Of a stretch of DNA of 64,000 nt, positions 60,414-64,000 are shown piece after piece. Origin of the DNA: Promethearchaeia archaeon (GTDB taxonomy: Archaea; Asgardarchaeota; Lokiarchaeia; Sigyniarchaeales; SOKP01). The DNA lies in contig JAHQWG010000047.1 of assembly GCA_029856045.1 (NCBI GenBank), forward strand, positions 96,001-160,000. The letters run 5' to 3'. The notes below the pieces were generated by a model. That model made no database searches and was not told the origin of the DNA. It worked only from the letters and a program-made list of their open reading frames with translations. How positions within the stretch are numbered: the stretch's first letter is position 1; each line of letters opens with the position of its first letter. A program made the position numbers and the translations under genes.

Positions 60414-60563
60414 AAGAATTGTAAAAAATTCCAAAATTATAATTTTTCTCTAATTCAATTTATTATAATTGGCAAGTGTTGCTTTTGTGGTGCAAAAAAC
60501 AACATAACTCGAATATATTTACTAGGAAAAAAAAATTGTGCTCTTTATTGGGAATATATATTT

Positions 60564-61745
60564 TTAAAGAATTGCGGTTTTTCTTTGGAATAATATTATT
60601 CCCAACAAAGTTGAAATTCCACCAAAACCTATTAAAACCAAAATATCTTGACCAATAGCATTCCATGTATTTATTCCTTCTACCATAACCATACGCATTG
60701 CGTGAGCTGCATATGAAGTTGGAACGAACTTCATAATTGGACTTTCAAAATAGAAGAACAGCCCACCTAAGAATTGAAAGGGAAGAATAATAAACCATGC
60801 TAATAATCCAGCAGTCTCTTCAGATTGAACAAGTGATGCTAAAAGTGTTCCAAATCCAAGACTAGTAAAAGCAAATAGCATAGGGATTAAGATCAATAGT
60901 AATATATTAGCATTTGGATGGAAGTAAGCACCAAAAATTAATAAACATATAAGTAAAATAATAGTTTGGAAAAACGCGACTATAAGCTGAGAAAACATAC
61001 CAGAAAATAAGATATAACTTCTAGGTACTGGAGTTGTACTTAATCTTCTTAGAGTTCCATTTTTTTTTTCTTCAGCAAAATGTAATGCTAATTGACTTAT
61101 ACATACAAGAACTCCAGAAATAACAAAACCTGGTGCTATTGAATCAAAATAAGTTATTTTTACCGTTTCTAATTCCATTTCACTATTTATTTTAGAGGGG
61201 TTTACACCATTATGATAAATAATAATATTATCAACAATCTGTTTTAGAATTGAATATATTACAGTCTCTGCAATTTGATCAGGAACTGTTGTAATATTAA
61301 TTTCAGGTTCCATTCCAAAATAGATCTTCTCTGTAAAATCATGTGGAATATAAACAATTGCATCAATTTTCTCATATTCTAAAAGTTCGATTGCTTCTTC
61401 TTCTGTAAAATTATCTTGAGTTCCTATTATATCTATAGAATTACTTAAATTCGTTTCTAAAATATCTATTAGAAGTAGTGAGTAATTAGCAGGATTTCCA
61501 GAGATTCCTGAATCTTCTATATCATAATTAAATAGTACAAGATTATAATCTGTTCTTGAAGAAGAGAAACCAAAAGCTAAAGAGAATATAATTATGAGTA
61601 ATAAAGGATATCCTATTAGCCATATTAATTGACCACGATCTCTAAACATTGTTTTAATGTTTTTAATCGTTAAATGATAGAGATTATAAACATTCTTATT
61701 TTTCCGTTTTTTCTTCTTCATATTAATAGAGTCAGAGTTTGTCAT
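60564..61745 (-). CDS. ABC-2 type exporter permease
   Basis: N-terminal TM, extracellular loop, EEKKNGTLRRL..TP and five C-terminal TM. Confidence 0.88.
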   Translation of the reverse strand: MTNSDSINMKKKKRKNKNVYNLYHLTIKNIKTMFRDRGQLIWLIGYPLLLIIIFSLAFGFSSSRTDYNLVLFNYDIEDSGISGNPANYSLLLIDILETNLSNSIDIIGTQDNFTEEEAIELLEYEKIDAIVYIPHDFTEKIYFGMEPEINITTVPDQIAETVIYSILKQIVDNIIIYHNGVNPSKINSEMELETVKITYFDSIAPGFVISGVLVCISQLALHFAEEKKNGTLRRLSTTPVPRSYILFSGMFSQLIVAFFQTIILLICLLIFGAYFHPNANILLLILIPMLFAFTSLGFGTLLASLVQSEETAGLLAWFIILPFQFLGGLFFYFESPIMKFVPTSYAAHAMRMVMVEGINTWNAIGQDILVLIGFGGISTLLGIILFQRKTAIL

Positions 61746-62695
61746 TAATCTCTCAACCTCCGACCAGTTAGATCAATAAAAACATCTTCTAATGTATTCT
61801 CTCTTATCGAGATATCTAACATCTTTACTTTTACAGCATCCATTATCTTAGAAATATGTCTTAATGCATCTAATCCATTTAAAAGTATCCTTCTTTTTCC
61901 TATGGGTTTTACCCATTTAACAAAATTTAAGTCTTTTATTCTTGGGATTATTTTTTCTCTATTTATTGCTTCATCCACTTTAAATTCCACAATATCTCCT
62001 TCTCCTAATCTTCCCTTAAGATTGCTAGGGGTTCCCTGAGTAATTATTTTACCGTTATCTATGATAATTAACTCATCAGATAAATCATCAGCTTCTTCCA
62101 TATTATGAGTAGTTAAAATGATTGTTGATTTTTTCTTTTGAAAATCTTTAATAAAATCCCACACAACTCTGCGAGATTGAGGATCAAGTCCGGCCGTAGG
62201 TTCATCAAAAAAGATTAATTCCGGTTCATGTATTACTGCCATCAATACATTAACTCTACGTTTCATTCCTCCTGAATATGTCTTTACTAAAGAATTTACT
62301 CTATCTAAAAGATTCATCCTACCAAGAAGATCATCTGTTCTTTCTTTATAATCTGCTTTTTTTAATCCATGCATCTGCGCTATTAGGTGGATATTTTCAC
62401 GTGCTGTCAATCTTTCATAAAGAACTATATCTTGTGGACAGACTCCTATACATTCTTTAATTTTGTTAGATTCTTTTTTGAGGTCATATCCTAGAATATT
62501 TGCTTTCCCACTAGTAGGAGGGAGAACAGTACTCAACATAGATATTGTCGTTGTTTTCCCCGCACCATTAGGACCTAAAAATCCAAATAACGAGCCTTTC
62601 GGTACAGCTAAATCAATTCCATCTACAGCATGAATATCTCCAAAATATCTTTTCAGATTATTAGTTTCAATAGCCAAATCCATTTTTTGTATCAC
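61745..62695 (-). CDS. ABC exporter ATP-binding protein (DrrA-like)
   Basis: GPNGAGKTT, YSGGMKRR, DEPT and TTH. Confidence 0.93.
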   Translation of the reverse strand: MIQKMDLAIETNNLKRYFGDIHAVDGIDLAVPKGSLFGFLGPNGAGKTTTISMLSTVLPPTSGKANILGYDLKKESNKIKECIGVCPQDIVLYERLTARENIHLIAQMHGLKKADYKERTDDLLGRMNLLDRVNSLVKTYSGGMKRRVNVLMAVIHEPELIFFDEPTAGLDPQSRRVVWDFIKDFQKKKSTIILTTHNMEEADDLSDELIIIDNGKIITQGTPSNLKGRLGEGDIVEFKVDEAINREKIIPRIKDLNFVKWVKPIGKRRILLNGLDALRHISKIMDAVKVKMLDISIRENTLEDVFIDLTGRRLRD

Positions 62696-62894
62696 TTATA
62701 ATACTGTAAGTATCATAATATTGCATTTAAAATTGTTTTTAATATATTTAAAACAATTGTAGACCAATTTTTGAATAAAAGTTCTTAATAATTAATTTAA
62801 GAAATAAAAATGAGTAGCAAATACTATGAATTTGAATAATGATTTTAGAAATATCTTGTTCTTTTGTTATTCAAATTTAATATAATTATTATTA

Positions 62895-63464
62895 TTAATC
62901 TTTTTTTAATAATTCACCAAATTTATGGGCAAAATCTTTGATCTGTTCCCAATCTCGATAATCATGCATTTTGCCTTCAGGATTCTCAATTCCTTCCTCG
63001 TTCTTCATAATACCAATTACTATTTTTCGTGTTAAACCAGTTAAAGCAGACCCTTCAGTTAAATCATAAGCTCCTCCGAATGCATCAACTAAAGCGGGTT
63101 GTATTCCTAATTTCTGTAATTTTGAAGTTATATAATCATTTATCGCTTTACTTATATCGCTTTTTTTTGAGGCTACTCCACAGCATACGTAGAATCCCAA
63201 TGTACTTTGCCTTTTCTTTAGTTCTGTCTTTCTTTTTTGTACAAATTTCTTAACTACTTTTGTCCACCTTTTTATTTTAATTCCCGTACCTATTATTACC
63301 CCATCATACTCTTCTAATGGAGGAATTTCTTTTAGATTATATTCTTTTAAATTGTAACTTTCAGTAGATATTCCCTTTTCTTGAATTACTTTTTCAATTT
63401 CGTCCGATATTCCTTTAGTAGTGCCATATCTTGTTCCATATAAGATTAAAACTTTATTCATCAC
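62895..63464 (-). CDS. Flavodoxin-domain protein (HemG-like)
   Basis: YGTRYGTT, FGG and DYRDWEQI. Confidence 0.82.
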   Translation of the reverse strand: MMNKVLILYGTRYGTTKGISDEIEKVIQEKGISTESYNLKEYNLKEIPPLEEYDGVIIGTGIKIKRWTKVVKKFVQKRKTELKKRQSTLGFYVCCGVASKKSDISKAINDYITSKLQKLGIQPALVDAFGGAYDLTEGSALTGLTRKIVIGIMKNEEGIENPEGKMHDYRDWEQIKDFAHKFGELLKKD

Positions 63465-63765
63465 TTTTCATCATTTTTCTTTTGAAATTTAAAAGTTTTA
63501 ATTTTATTTAGTAAATTTTTAATAGTATTTAAACAAATAGAAGTCCATTTTTATCGAGTTATGAATCCTAAATTTGGTTCCGTATAATTATTGAGTTTCC
63601 ATTTAAACAAGAAAAAATAAACAGAAAAAGAGTGTTTGGTATTTTTTATAATTATATTCCAGAAGTTTATTTAAGCATAAATTAATTCTAATGGTACATA
63701 CTGTTGTAAGGGAGGAATAATTTCATATCTAAAATGATCATTTCCTGCTCATTATCAAATCATTC

Positions 63766-63999
63766 TTATTTCTTATTTTTAAAATAGCTTAATAAACAAG
63801 TTAATTTATCTAAATGTGTTGGAAATCTTAAAATAATTCCATTTACTTCTTCATGGGAAAAATTATTTACTATTGGTTGATGAAATTCATTTCTAGTTTG
63901 TCGAATATAATTAAAAAATTCACTTAGCCACAATTCTAAATTTTGACCTATATTGCTTGGTAATTCCTTCTTTAATGGCTTTAAACTTTCCAGTAGATT
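63766..63999 (-). CDS. 3' end of a hypothetical protein running off the window (possible HEPN-like)
   Basis: 78 open codons: NLLESLKPLKKELPSNIGQNLELWLSEFFNYIRQTRNEFHQP...FKNKK*; absent from the ORF track. Confidence 0.55.
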   Translation of the reverse strand, partial: NLLESLKPLKKELPSNIGQNLELWLSEFFNYIRQTRNEFHQPIVNNFSHEEVNGIILRFPTHLDKLTCLLSYFKNKK

Positions 64000-64000
64000 C

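Noticed and set aside
1421-63253. Many short alternative-frame or antisense ORFs in the track (e.g. 1421-1828, 4108-4383, 24383-24718, 38521-38856, 40851-41405, 55702-55980)
   Set aside because: Each lies within a well-supported gene and has no motif; typical shadow ORFs.
1-64000. CRISPR array, rRNA or long tandem repeats
   Set aside because: No regularly spaced repeats and no long GC-rich structured segment apart from the two tRNAs.
1-64000. Selenocysteine/pyrrolysine read-through
   Set aside because: No recognised gene appears cut at an in-frame TGA/TAG at a catalytic position, and no SECIS-like hairpin was identified.

Overview
AT-rich archaeal chromosomal segment, most consistent with an Asgard archaeon of the Lokiarchaeia/Promethearchaeota type (inferred from archaeal informational genes, H4MPT/CooC genes, many peptidases and a eukaryote-like tRNA-Pro D-arm). 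It holds about 60 CDS: eS8, eS28, L7Ae, uS2, SRP19, Lsm, proteasome beta, a JAMM protease, tmk, leuCD-type dehydratase, tldDE, mptD/mptG, cooC, hypA, many peptidases and hydrolases, transporters and ferredoxins. There are two tRNAs (Arg-CCT; Pro-GGG with a 26-nt intron at non-canonical position 21/22) and one GH172 gene remnant. I saw no CRISPR array, integrase or transposase. Most notable: (1) four genes whose conserved N-termini appear to require ATA/ATT/ATC initiation, including HypA, whose Met-His-Glu motif is encoded ATA-CAC-GAG; (2) a tandem triplet of LITAF-like zinc-knuckle membrane proteins with C-terminal double zinc ribbons; (3) an operon of an LsrK-like FGGY kinase, an SCP2 lipid carrier and a dehydrogenase-class II aldolase fusion; (4) a divergent Ala-Glu epimerase / D-peptidase pair inside a peptidase island; (5) an orphan Pepco-like gene downstream of tRNA-Arg. 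All family assignments come from motif recognition by eye, not database searches.
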